From Pyrodictium delaneyi (lineage in GTDB: Archaea > Thermoproteota > Thermoprotei_A > Sulfolobales > Pyrodictiaceae), in NCBI RefSeq assembly GCF_001412615.1, contig NZ_CP013011.1, forward strand, positions 600,001-632,000: DNA of 32,000 bases, written 5' to 3'. Of the stretch, positions 1 to 8,996 are shown one piece after another. Every line of letters starts with the position of its first letter. Positions within the stretch are counted from its first letter, which is position 1. Position numbers and translations under genes: made by a program. The notes beneath the pieces were generated by a model that made no database searches, was not told where the DNA came from, and worked only from the letters and a program-made list of their open reading frames with translations.

Positions 1-85
1 CGTCGGCGAGGGTCCCTGGCGGCGGGCACGGCAAAGTCAACCGTAACGATCCTAGAAAGCACCTAGAGGCTTCGCGGAGGTAGAC

Positions 86-1945
86 ATGGGGCTGAACAAT
101 CAACACGACTTCCCCTACACTACACCGAGGAAAGGGCAGCTTGAAGCAGCTAGAAGTGTAGCAGAGGCAGTACAGCGTGGCGAAGTATTCATACTGCATG
201 CGCCTACAGGGTTTGGCAAGACATCGAGCATCATATATGGGCTCTTGCAAGCTAATGTTGATAGAGTGCTTTACGTTGTGAGGACTAGGAACGAAATACA
301 GCCCGTGCTGCGCGAGCTAAAACGCTTCAATGCCGAAAAGTATAGCTTCCTATACAGTGCCCGGCGCATGTGCCCCCTACTATCTGGAGAGGATCTTAGC
401 CACGAAGACTTCTGGGAGACGTGCCGACTCCTACGCCTCCGGGGTGAATGCAGTTATTTCAACATGATATCGGAGATGGAGGCACACAATGCAATAGAGG
501 TTGTGAGAAGTGTAGACGGGATGCCCCAGAGGGCTGTAAAACTGTTAGCCGTCCAGGGATACTGTCCCTTCTTTGCGCTAAAGCTGGCTGCTTCTGAGGC
601 ACAGTTCATAGTAGCTACCTACCCGTACCTATTCAGGCCCGACATCTTTCAGGGCACATTTGAGCCGCTCGATTACAGTGACTTTGTAGTAGTCGTAGAC
701 GAAGCCCACTCACTGTTAAACATAAGCAGTCTACTTGAGGCGAGAATAACACTTGATAATATAAGGCGTTCAATAACCGAGATACAAGAATATGGCCTTC
801 CAGAGGAAATGGAGAAGGCACTAGTAGCGCTAGGCTCCGAGATTAGCAGAAATAAGCCGATAGGTCAGAAACTACGCAGGATGGACAGACAAAAACTACT
901 AGAAATACTCGGCGACCCCGAGGCATGGGCTGACGCGGCACAAGACGTGCGGATAGCTAAGATAAAGGAGCGGCTAGAAGAGGGGCAGCCTGTCAAGATT
1001 AGTGTCGCGCTTACCCGTGTAGCCCGTTTTGCAGAACTACTAGCAGTTGAGGGTACCGGGGCTTACACATTTACTAACAATGGGCGTGTGGGTGCTACGG
1101 TTCTCCCACTAGAGCCGTGTCTTGTCACACGAGAACCTCTAAACGAGTCTAAAGCAGCTGTACTGGCAAGTGGCACGCTACCCCCGTCATCGATGCTCCG
1201 GGACCTACTATGCATAAAGAAGAGTGTACGAGTCTATGACGTAGAACTCCTTCATGGTCCCGTATTTCCGCCTCAGAACCAATATGTCATAGTAGCAGCT
1301 GAGCTGACGTCAAAATACACTAGTCGGGGACGCGAAACCTATCAGCTCTATGCACGCTACATACTTGAGACCTACCGAAGTACGGTCAAGGCTGTACTAG
1401 TAGTCTATCCGAGCTACGAATTCATGCATAACATACTACGCAACATACAAGATATAGCAAGGTACGAGAAATTAAACATGATAGTTGAAGATAAGGCTAC
1501 CAGTATAGAAGATGTAGTAGAGGAAATACAGAGACGTAGTCGACATATGCTTGTCAACGCTGTGGCCGGCGGAAAACTCACAGAAGGCATAGAAATAGTA
1601 GACGAGAATGGCAGAAGCCTAATTGGAGTAGTATTCATAGCTGGTGTACCGTATCCGCAGCCAGACGACTACCTTCAAGATCAATATCATGCTCTCCAGC
1701 AGCGCCTCGGAGAGAAAAATACCCGCAAACTGCTCTTAGACTATACAGCAGCCGTAAGAGCTAGGCAGGCTATAGGAAGAGCACGGAGAAGTACTGAAGA
1801 TCGCGCAATAATAGTGCTCGGAGATAGCAGGTTCACGAGGAGGGTTCTTCGCGACTATCTAAGGATAAAGATAGACAAAATAGCATTCAATTTTGAGGAA
1901 TATAGTAGTGTTCTTAGAAGCGCTGCAGAGGCTCTCGGTGTCTAG
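86..1945 (+). CDS. XPD/Rad3-family (DinG-like) SF2 DNA helicase with a 4-Cys FeS module
   Basis: 619-aa ORF. Walker A is APTGFGKTS and the DEAH box is VVVDEAHSL. Four Cys lie between them (RRMCPLL, WETCRLL, RGECSYF, QGYCPFF), as in the XPD FeS domain. A GGAGGT SD-like motif sits just upstream of the ATG. Confidence 0.85.
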   Translation: MGLNNQHDFPYTTPRKGQLEAARSVAEAVQRGEVFILHAPTGFGKTSSIIYGLLQANVDRVLYVVRTRNEIQPVLRELKRFNAEKYSFLYSARRMCPLLSGEDLSHEDFWETCRLLRLRGECSYFNMISEMEAHNAIEVVRSVDGMPQRAVKLLAVQGYCPFFALKLAASEAQFIVATYPYLFRPDIFQGTFEPLDYSDFVVVVDEAHSLLNISSLLEARITLDNIRRSITEIQEYGLPEEMEKALVALGSEISRNKPIGQKLRRMDRQKLLEILGDPEAWADAAQDVRIAKIKERLEEGQPVKISVALTRVARFAELLAVEGTGAYTFTNNGRVGATVLPLEPCLVTREPLNESKAAVLASGTLPPSSMLRDLLCIKKSVRVYDVELLHGPVFPPQNQYVIVAAELTSKYTSRGRETYQLYARYILETYRSTVKAVLVVYPSYEFMHNILRNIQDIARYEKLNMIVEDKATSIEDVVEEIQRRSRHMLVNAVAGGKLTEGIEIVDENGRSLIGVVFIAGVPYPQPDDYLQDQYHALQQRLGEKNTRKLLLDYTAAVRARQAIGRARRSTEDRAIIVLGDSRFTRRVLRDYLRIKIDKIAFNFEEYSSVLRSAAEALGV

Positions 1946-2257
1946 AATTCTCTGGGCAATACTGCACGAGACTTAAAACCGAGCCGAGTAAAGGAGTTGT
2001 ACACGAGTGAACCCCGGTCCCCTGCAACACGACCCCGTGTCGTCGGGGATAGATGGGCAGGGGGCGGGTCACTCCCGGCCGCATCCACCTCTAACAAACA
2101 TATCTCCGCCGCTAAGATGGATAGTACTCTTCACTTCATAGTGATTAGCCCAGCACACCTCATTGACGCATCCAGGAATGGGTTAGAATTAAAATCTAGA
2201 ATGGAAGAGGGGTCTACAGACGGCTTGAGGAGCGCTCTAGGACGGGCCTAGGTAGAG

Positions 2258-2440
2258 GTGTGTGCCGTGTCGGCAGTTGACTTCGAGGGTATGGTGGCCG
2301 AAGCTCGTAAAAAACTCGAGGAGATGTTCCGCAACTATGTAAGTGAAATCGAGGAAGAAGCTAACCGTATCCTCTCCGAGAGGCTACGCCAGATAGAGCC
2401 TATAAAGAAGGAAATAATTGGGTCACTTAGATCCCTGTAA
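2258..2440 (+). CDS. Small hypothetical coiled-coil protein (60 aa; alternative ATG at 2291)
   Basis: The ORF has a charged, helical composition (AEARKKLEEMFRNYVSEIEEEANRILSERLRQIEPIKKEI). The start is GTG and I recognise no family motif. Confidence 0.35.
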   Translation: MCAVSAVDFEGMVAEARKKLEEMFRNYVSEIEEEANRILSERLRQIEPIKKEIIGSLRSL

Positions 2441-2502
2441 CTCCTTTCGGCGGATTCAAGACTACTACAGTTATCAGCTACATTCGCTCTATTGGGTATT
2501 TT

Positions 2503-3606
2503 TCATGTCTGCTCCATAGCCTCTCGTACTATCTCCTCTTCTATAGGGTACGCGTGTATGTTCCGGAGTGGCACGTATACCTCTATCTCATTCCCCACGG
2601 CTGGCGGAGTTATATCGCTAGGAAGGTCTAGGAGTATTTCGTGCTTAACGCCTGAGAGTAGGAGTCGTACCTCTATGAATGGGCCTAGGTACATTGCTAC
2701 TGTTACGCGTCCCCTTAGGGTCTCGTATTCGTGTAATGCTTGAGGCTTAGTTATGTGTGCACCCTCGGCCTTAACCACAATAGCTGCATCGTCGCCTCGC
2801 GATAGTCCGTGGTTTATGGCACGTATGACGGTATCGCCCACTCTTACTATTACCTCTCTGTTCGAGGCATCTTCAACCTTGCCCAATATGAGCGAGGTTC
2901 TTCCAAGGAATACTGCTGTGAAGAGTGTCTGTGGATTCAAGTAGAGATCCTCCGGTCGCCCAACTTGCTCTATACGGCCATCCCTCATAATGGCCATTCT
3001 GTCTGAGAGCGACATCGCCTCCTCCTGGTCATGAGTAACATATATCATTGTTATACCTAGTTGCTTCTGGAGTTTCTTGAGCTCGCCGCGTAGCTTGAGC
3101 CGTAGCTTAGCGTCTAGGTTGCTAAGTGGTTCGTCAAGGAGTAGTACTCTAGGCTGTACAGCTAGTGCTCTGGCCAACGCGACTCGTTGCTGCTGGCCGC
3201 CACTAAGTTGCCCGGGAAACCGGTTCTCTAGCCCCTCTAGGCCGAGCAGCTCAAGGACCCATTTTACACGCTTATCTATCTCGTTGCGTGGAAGCTTACG
3301 TAGCTTGAGCCCGAAAGCTATGTTCTCGTAGACGGTCATATGGGGCCATAGGGCCCAGTTCTGAAACACCATGATGGTGCCACGTTTATCTGGCGGCATA
3401 TCGGTTACGTCTTCTCCTTCGAAGTATATTCTGCCTTCGTCTGGCGTCTCGAAGCCCGCGATAATCCTGAGAAGCGTGGTCTTTCCGCAGCCGCTTGGGC
3501 CTAGTATAGTGAAAAGCTCTCCCTTCTCAATCCCTAGGCTCACGCCCTTAAGGGCAACAGTCTTCCCGAAGCGCTTAACAACATCCCTGACATCTATGAA
3601 TGGCAA
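2503..3606 (-). CDS. ABC transporter ATP-binding subunit (PotA/FbpC/MalK-like, with a C-terminal TOBE-like regulatory domain)
   Basis: Walker A GPSGCGKTT, signature LSGGQQQRVALAR, Walker B LLLDEPLSNLD and an H-loop in YVTHDQ. It is the last gene of the minus-strand SBP-permease-ATPase operon. Confidence 0.9.
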   Translation of the reverse strand: MPFIDVRDVVKRFGKTVALKGVSLGIEKGELFTILGPSGCGKTTLLRIIAGFETPDEGRIYFEGEDVTDMPPDKRGTIMVFQNWALWPHMTVYENIAFGLKLRKLPRNEIDKRVKWVLELLGLEGLENRFPGQLSGGQQQRVALARALAVQPRVLLLDEPLSNLDAKLRLKLRGELKKLQKQLGITMIYVTHDQEEAMSLSDRMAIMRDGRIEQVGRPEDLYLNPQTLFTAVFLGRTSLILGKVEDASNREVIVRVGDTVIRAINHGLSRGDDAAIVVKAEGAHITKPQALHEYETLRGRVTVAMYLGPFIEVRLLLSGVKHEILLDLPSDITPPAVGNEIEVYVPLRNIHAYPIEEEIVREAMEQT

Positions 3607-3678
3607 TTCGCCCCACCATCCCTACTCCTGTTGCCCTGTCGTGTACACATCTTAACTATGGTGTAAAAAGAGTAGGGC

Positions 3679-5556
3679 CTAGACGGTAACCAGAGCCTGG
3701 CCGCGGCGTGCCAGCCTCGACGCTATAGTAATGACAGCAGCCTCTATAGCCATCAGTATAACGGCCAGCGCAGCAGCCTTGGCATGGGGTTGTGTACCGC
3801 CAGCAACAACGGTAGCTTGTGTCGTAAGCTGGAGGATTGCAAAGGTTATCGGGCCTATGTGGTCTGGAGATATTATGCTGCCCCTCAGGCTGCCGAGAGT
3901 TATGCTAACACTCACCTCACTCAAGACGTAGATAGCACTCAGTAGAAGTCCAGCTATGATGCCTCGCCATACTAGTGGTAGCACTATTCTTCGGATTACA
4001 CGGGCACGTCGTGCACCTAGACTCCTAGCAGCTTCTTCGAGCTCCTCTGGGGTCTGTATGACTGCTGTGAAGACGGAGCGTACGGTGAAAGGCAACTTTC
4101 TCATAATGTATGCTAACACCAGTACGTGGGCTGGAAAGAGCACTGGATCGAGGAATGTGCCGTGGAAGTATGTCGTGAAGAATACATAGTAGCTGAATGC
4201 CACAACTAGGCCGGGTACTGCTAGTGGCAGCGATGATAGTATGTCGAGGACGGAGGCGCCTGGAAGCCGTGCACGGGCAGTGGCATAGCCGGCCATGAAG
4301 CCTATTATGGCTATGAAGACCAATGCTTGGGCAACATACGTTAAGCTGTTATATATACTTCTCATTACGCCCTCCATTTCAGATAACGTGATGAAGTTGG
4401 CAAAGAAGCTGTCCATCGGTAGTGGCTCTGGGAGGGGCCCTATCCACTTCTTGCTAAATGCGAGTATGATGACGCCTATCTGTGGTGCTGCAGCTGTAAC
4501 TATGATAGGCAAGACTACGAGGTAGGCTGACAAGAGTCCTTTTCGGCCTAGCTGGAGCCCACGGAAAGGTCTGGGAGCACCACGTGCCAGGCGGGCATAG
4601 TAGCGGAGGCTTAGATACCTCCTGACGACTATCAGGGGCAAGGTAGCGAAGACTAGCATCAAGAAGCTTAGCGCAGCTACAGCTGGGCGTGAAGCTTCGC
4701 TTCCAACACTCTGGAAGTACTGATATATCTGATAAGCCATTACTTTATGGAACCTGAATATTATTGGTGCGCCTACATCCTCGAGGCTGAGGATGAAGAC
4801 GAGGGTAGAGCCTGCAAGCACGCCTGGCATTACGAGGGGAAGGATTATGTCCTTTATGAGCTTCCAGCCACGTGCACCTAGGTTAATGGCTTGCTCTACA
4901 AGTGTGGCATCAATAGCACCTAGAGCAGCCATGGTGTTAATATAGACGATTGGGTAGAACATTAGTATTTGCGCTAGGGCCACGCCTGCTTGCCCGCTAA
5001 ACTCTATCATCACATCCTTACCTATGAGTGGCCTTGTTATCTCGCTTAGGATGTAAGAGAACGTGTTTAGTGTGAAACTTTTGCCAAAGTAACGCTGCAT
5101 AACATAGGCATTGACAAATGGTGCGATTAATAGAGGTATATATGCTAGTATAGCGAAGAGTCTTCTGCCGGGGAATCGGTAGAATCCAATTAGTATGGCA
5201 GACGCCGAGCCTATGAGTGCAGCTATGAAGGTAACAAGTAATGCATTTACTACGCTATTCCCTATGACGCCTAGATCAAAACCATTTACTGAAATGCGTA
5301 CTATATTTGGTAGATTCCTTACTGTTATAAAGTCGGCGAAAGCGTCTTTATCTAAGTTAATATAGTAACTTGATGTTAGCTCGCTGAAGTCCATTTTAGA
5401 GGCTTCAACTACCACTATGAAGAGTGGGGCTACGAATCCAAAAAGTATCGCGAAGAGCGGGATATAGAGTAGGAGCACGATTTCTATATCAGTCTTGGCT
5501 CTAGGAGCTATCCGCGATACTATACGCTTTAGGGATGGCGATGTGTTAGCCGCCAA
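3679..5556 (-). CDS. ABC importer permease, fused double-domain type (FbpB/AfuB/ThiP-like)
   Basis: 625-aa, very hydrophobic ORF with about 12 predicted TM segments in two halves. The TTG start overlaps the SBP gene's 3' end by 11 nt, which suggests translational coupling. Confidence 0.85.
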   Translation of the reverse strand: MAANTSPSLKRIVSRIAPRAKTDIEIVLLLYIPLFAILFGFVAPLFIVVVEASKMDFSELTSSYYINLDKDAFADFITVRNLPNIVRISVNGFDLGVIGNSVVNALLVTFIAALIGSASAILIGFYRFPGRRLFAILAYIPLLIAPFVNAYVMQRYFGKSFTLNTFSYILSEITRPLIGKDVMIEFSGQAGVALAQILMFYPIVYINTMAALGAIDATLVEQAINLGARGWKLIKDIILPLVMPGVLAGSTLVFILSLEDVGAPIIFRFHKVMAYQIYQYFQSVGSEASRPAVAALSFLMLVFATLPLIVVRRYLSLRYYARLARGAPRPFRGLQLGRKGLLSAYLVVLPIIVTAAAPQIGVIILAFSKKWIGPLPEPLPMDSFFANFITLSEMEGVMRSIYNSLTYVAQALVFIAIIGFMAGYATARARLPGASVLDILSSLPLAVPGLVVAFSYYVFFTTYFHGTFLDPVLFPAHVLVLAYIMRKLPFTVRSVFTAVIQTPEELEEAARSLGARRARVIRRIVLPLVWRGIIAGLLLSAIYVLSEVSVSITLGSLRGSIISPDHIGPITFAILQLTTQATVVAGGTQPHAKAAALAVILMAIEAAVITIASRLARRGQALVTV

Positions 5557-7165
5557 GGGCCTTCAATACCTCCTCATACTTCTGCTTGGCGGCCTCACGC
5601 CAGGCATTCATGTAGGCTTCTTTAAGGTTTATGTGGTCTTTTAGAATCTTGTTGACTCGCAATGCATCATCTAGTGTGAATACTCTCTCCTCGCCGGTTA
5701 CAGGGTCCTTGTACTTTACTATGTCTGTTAGCTTCTGTTTCAGCATGTTGAAGGTTGCTTCGTCTATCCTATGGTCTATGTAGTATGCTCGTAGTAGCTC
5801 TGCCCATGCTCTCTGTAGTATGTCGTGCTGGTCTACTAGTGTTGCTACAAAGTACAGCTGCATAGCGAACTCAGTCTCAAGAGCTAATGTATCATTGAAC
5901 TCTATTACCTTGGCTTGCATTGCACGGTAGAAGGCTTCCTTGAGGTCCTGGCGTTTCTGGCCCTCTGGCGTCTCAAACACCTTGGGGTTAGCGGGAAGCC
6001 TGTTGATGTTGGGGTCAAGCCATATCTTCTGTCCCTCGGTGAGTATCCATGCTACGAAAGCTTCAGCGGCTTCTGGGTGCTTGGTAGACTTCACCACCGC
6101 TATTGGGTCGCCGTTTACTATAGTCTCGCCTTGTGGTAGTATGTACTTACACGCTGGATTGAGCCTTTCAGCAGTGTAGCCGTAGAAGTCTATAGTTATA
6201 CCTACCATGACGTCGCCGTTTATTACATCGTCGCGAACAAGCGCACTGCCCTCCTCTATGCGTGCATTAGCGGCCATCAATGTTAGGACGCGCCAGCCTT
6301 CCTCCCAGCCGTACGCCTGCAGAATTATCTCGTATATTCTCGTATTGCTTGTACTCTGGAGTGGATTAGCTATAGCGAGGGCTGGCACACCGTAATTTAC
6401 GAGAATTAGGCCAAGGTCGTCGCTGGCTAGACTCCGCCAGGAGTTGAGCTTGTTCACGTCAAAGCCTAGTTGCTGGGCTACCTCGGTGTTTACAGTGAAT
6501 CCGAAGCTTGCTATCGCGGCCGCGATCCAGTATATCTTACCGTCATCACCTATCCTCTTCATGGGCATGCCGGCAAACTTGTCAGGAACCTGGCTAGCAG
6601 CCTCGAGTGCAAGCTTGGTCTCAAGTGGGCGTAGCAATCCCTTCATGTAGAGGTCGTCGAAGAGGGTCGGGCCACCACCCCATGCAACGTCTATACTCTG
6701 CTTCTCGATGTAGGTCGGCCAGAACCCGGCAGGTATCGGTAGGAACCTTACATTGGTTATACAGAAACGCTTGGCAATATCAGACTTCAGGAAGAGATCT
6801 TTGGCTTTCTCCTGGATGTCTGCTGGATGCCGTGTGAGTACTACAAGCTCTATATTCTCCTTGCACTCTGCCGGTTGCTCCGTGGCCTGCGTAGTTGTCG
6901 TTGTTGTTCTTGTAGTTGTTGTAGGTGTTGCCGACGTAGTCTTGGTCGCAGTAGTGGTTGTTGTAATAGCGGGTGTCGAGGACGTTGTTGTTTGCGACGG
7001 TGGAGTCGCAGTTTCTGTTGGCTGGGTTGTTGTTTCTCGGCTGGTGAGAAGGATTCCTGCTGCAGCTATTGCTAGGATTATAACAATGATAGCTACGAGG
7101 CGGGTGTTCACCCTCTTATCACCACCATTTAGATTGGTAGCCGGCTGCGGCAGTAAATGTAGCAC
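5546..7165 (-). CDS. Membrane-anchored extracellular solute-binding protein of the ABC importer (family-1 / Fe3+-polyamine-thiamine-like SBP); substrate unknown
   Basis: An N-terminal TM anchor (LVAIIVIILAIAAAGILL) is followed by a Thr/Ser/Pro-rich linker of about 55 aa (nt 6872-7033) and then an SBP-like domain (DVAWGGGPTLFDDLYMKGLL). An alternative GTG start at 7111 is preceded by GGTGGTGA. Confidence 0.8.
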   Translation of the reverse strand: MLHLLPQPATNLNGGDKRVNTRLVAIIVIILAIAAAGILLTSRETTTQPTETATPPSQTTTSSTPAITTTTTATKTTSATPTTTTRTTTTTTQATEQPAECKENIELVVLTRHPADIQEKAKDLFLKSDIAKRFCITNVRFLPIPAGFWPTYIEKQSIDVAWGGGPTLFDDLYMKGLLRPLETKLALEAASQVPDKFAGMPMKRIGDDGKIYWIAAAIASFGFTVNTEVAQQLGFDVNKLNSWRSLASDDLGLILVNYGVPALAIANPLQSTSNTRIYEIILQAYGWEEGWRVLTLMAANARIEEGSALVRDDVINGDVMVGITIDFYGYTAERLNPACKYILPQGETIVNGDPIAVVKSTKHPEAAEAFVAWILTEGQKIWLDPNINRLPANPKVFETPEGQKRQDLKEAFYRAMQAKVIEFNDTLALETEFAMQLYFVATLVDQHDILQRAWAELLRAYYIDHRIDEATFNMLKQKLTDIVKYKDPVTGEERVFTLDDALRVNKILKDHINLKEAYMNAWREAAKQKYEEVLKALGG

Positions 7166-7280
7166 TCGCTAAAAGCTCCCAGTCAATGTAAAGAGGAGCG
7201 GTAATGCTGTGACAGTAGTATAGTATGCGCTGTCATGCGGGCAATATATGGAGTAATGGAACCAGTATGGTGACTGTCTC

Positions 7281-7306
7281 TCCACCTCAAGGAGGTGGAT
7301 TTAAAT
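7281..7306 (+). promoter_or_regulatory. Perfect 8-bp inverted repeat abutting a TTTAAAT TATA box, upstream of the 7391 gene
   Basis: tccacctc-aag-gaggtgga (7281-7299) is followed immediately by tttaaat (7300-7306). It lies in a divergent intergenic region, and a GAGGTG SD sits at 7374-7379. Confidence 0.4.
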
Positions 7307-7390
7307 CCCTCATACCGGCTCTAGGCGACATGGGAATAGTGAACCTTCAACCGGTCATTAGAAGGCTAGGTACCGAGGTGGGTGTGTAAT

Positions 7391-8755
7391 ATGAAGAGGC
7401 TTCTCTCCCACATCCTGGTAGTAGGACTTCTAATAGCATCAGCGGTGTATCCCATTGCCCATGCAGCGCGTCTCGAACTACCAACCATACTCGTAGATCT
7501 GGCACACGGGCAACAGTATAACGGCGTCTGTGCTATGATGAGTGTAGTTCCCGATGCATACTGGATAATCCTCGTCAAGGATGAGCAGCAAGCACAGCAG
7601 CTGCCAGAGTGTATCAAGAACAAGGCATACGATATAGTAGTTGGTGACTTGACAGCCCTGGGCAGCGGTCCATCAATAGACATGGTGATAATAGGTCAAC
7701 CTGTAGACCCGCTCACCGATGCTGAGAAGGAAGCTGTGGCAAACTGGTTCGGTAGCAAAGATGCACGCGCCCTCTGGTGTGCCACTGACAGTGACTACCC
7801 GGCACAGGGGGGCAATCTCGAGCTAGCACAACACATATGCAATGACCTCCTAGACTACCTAGCCCAGAAGGGCTTTGACGTAAAGCTGCGCAGCGACTAC
7901 GTAAGCATCGAGGACACTAAGAGTAACGCTGGCCGCTCTTACCGTGTAATAGCCCTAGTAGAGCCAGCACCACGCTACGACGCAGAACTACTAGCCCTAG
8001 GAGCCGAGAAAGTGCTGATGCACGGACCCGGTGCAGTAGCATGGGTCGACGAGAACGGTGACTGGCACAAGGTAACAGACCCAAACACACCTGAGACAAT
8101 CATACCAATACTCGTCACAACCGAGAATGGTAAGGTGGTAGAGCATCAGCCCAAGAACCCCGGCGAGCCAGGCGAGTTTGGCTACGCACACCAGGCGGGC
8201 GAGACAGGGAAATTCGTCATAATGGCGGCAGAGATTGTTAAGACAGAGAGCGGAGACAAAGTAGTAATAGTAAGTGGTGAGTCTCCATACTTCGGTTACC
8301 AGTCCCTAGTGACATACTCCTACAAGGGTATACCACTAGACGGCCCGAGGTTCTTCCGCAACCTAATACTGTGGGCTACGAAGAACTATAGCGAGCTAAA
8401 GACGTTCAAGAGTCAGATGGAGGCTATAAAACAAGCTGAGAGTGCTGCACAGCAGGCAGCAAAGCAGGCCGAGGAAGCTAAACAAGCAGCGGAGCAGGCT
8501 GCCGCAGAGGCTAAGAGCTATGTAGACTCGAAACTAGGCGAAGTACAGAAGTTAGTAAACGAGGTGCTCCAGCAGAACATTAACCAGATAGTGGATCAGA
8601 TAAAGACATACGTAGATCAAAAGGTGAGTAATGCAGTTAACGCTGCTAACGCGGCTGAGGCGTCTGCCTCCAGCGCCAAGACCTTCGCCATGGGTGGCCT
8701 AGTACTCGGCATAATAGCGCTACTAGCAGCCGCCCTAGCTCTACGCAAAGGCTAG
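7391..8755 (+). CDS. Exported, C-terminally anchored surface protein: possible GldG/DUF4350-like globular head plus an Ala/Gln/Glu/Lys coiled-coil stalk
   Basis: Signal peptide MKRLLSHILVVGLLIASAVYPIAHA. Motifs resembling ABC_transp_aux/DUF4350 are ILVDLAHGQ, VIVSGESPYFGYQ and FFRNLILWA. A coiled coil of about 100 aa (QAAKQAEEAKQAAEQAAAEAK...) follows, then a C-terminal TM GGLVLGIIALLAAALAL. The ORF opens at GTG 7382, but ATG 7391 is preferred. Confidence 0.7.
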   Translation: MKRLLSHILVVGLLIASAVYPIAHAARLELPTILVDLAHGQQYNGVCAMMSVVPDAYWIILVKDEQQAQQLPECIKNKAYDIVVGDLTALGSGPSIDMVIIGQPVDPLTDAEKEAVANWFGSKDARALWCATDSDYPAQGGNLELAQHICNDLLDYLAQKGFDVKLRSDYVSIEDTKSNAGRSYRVIALVEPAPRYDAELLALGAEKVLMHGPGAVAWVDENGDWHKVTDPNTPETIIPILVTTENGKVVEHQPKNPGEPGEFGYAHQAGETGKFVIMAAEIVKTESGDKVVIVSGESPYFGYQSLVTYSYKGIPLDGPRFFRNLILWATKNYSELKTFKSQMEAIKQAESAAQQAAKQAEEAKQAAEQAAAEAKSYVDSKLGEVQKLVNEVLQQNINQIVDQIKTYVDQKVSNAVNAANAAEASASSAKTFAMGGLVLGIIALLAAALALRKG

Positions 8756-8796
8756 ATAGCCAGGTTGATACCTTAGCAGCCACACATTACTTCAAG

Positions 8797-8802
8797 TTTT
8801 TT
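8797..8802 (+). terminator. Oligo-T tract (T6), a candidate archaeal terminator after the 7391-8755 gene
   Basis: caagTTTTTTgg lies about 40 nt after the stop codon. Confidence 0.35.
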
Positions 8803-8996
8803 GGTTACCCTCTCGCCTGCTTGATCTAGGCCCGGTTCTGCTTTAACATCCTATGGGAAAATTTTGGCTAAAGGTTGTCAGTTTTGATTACACTAAACTA
8901 TTATTGTGAATCTCATCTAGGGTAAATAGTGTAGCAACTTGCTACATATACGCTGGATTGACTTTATGAAGCCCTATCATAAGGTTAGCTACAACG

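Noticed and set aside
1997-2251. 84-aa plus-strand ORF in the post-helicase gap
   Set aside because: Its N-terminal half is Arg/Pro/Gly/Ser-rich and it has no motifs. The region is better viewed as non-coding and possibly structured.
6753-7172. Plus-strand ORFs (139 aa and 82 aa), rich in Val/Cys/Gly/Arg, opposite the SBP gene
   Set aside because: They are antisense reading-frame artefacts of the Thr-codon-rich (ACN) linker tract of the SBP gene. Their composition (VVVVVL..., CCSCSCCRCC) is not protein-like.
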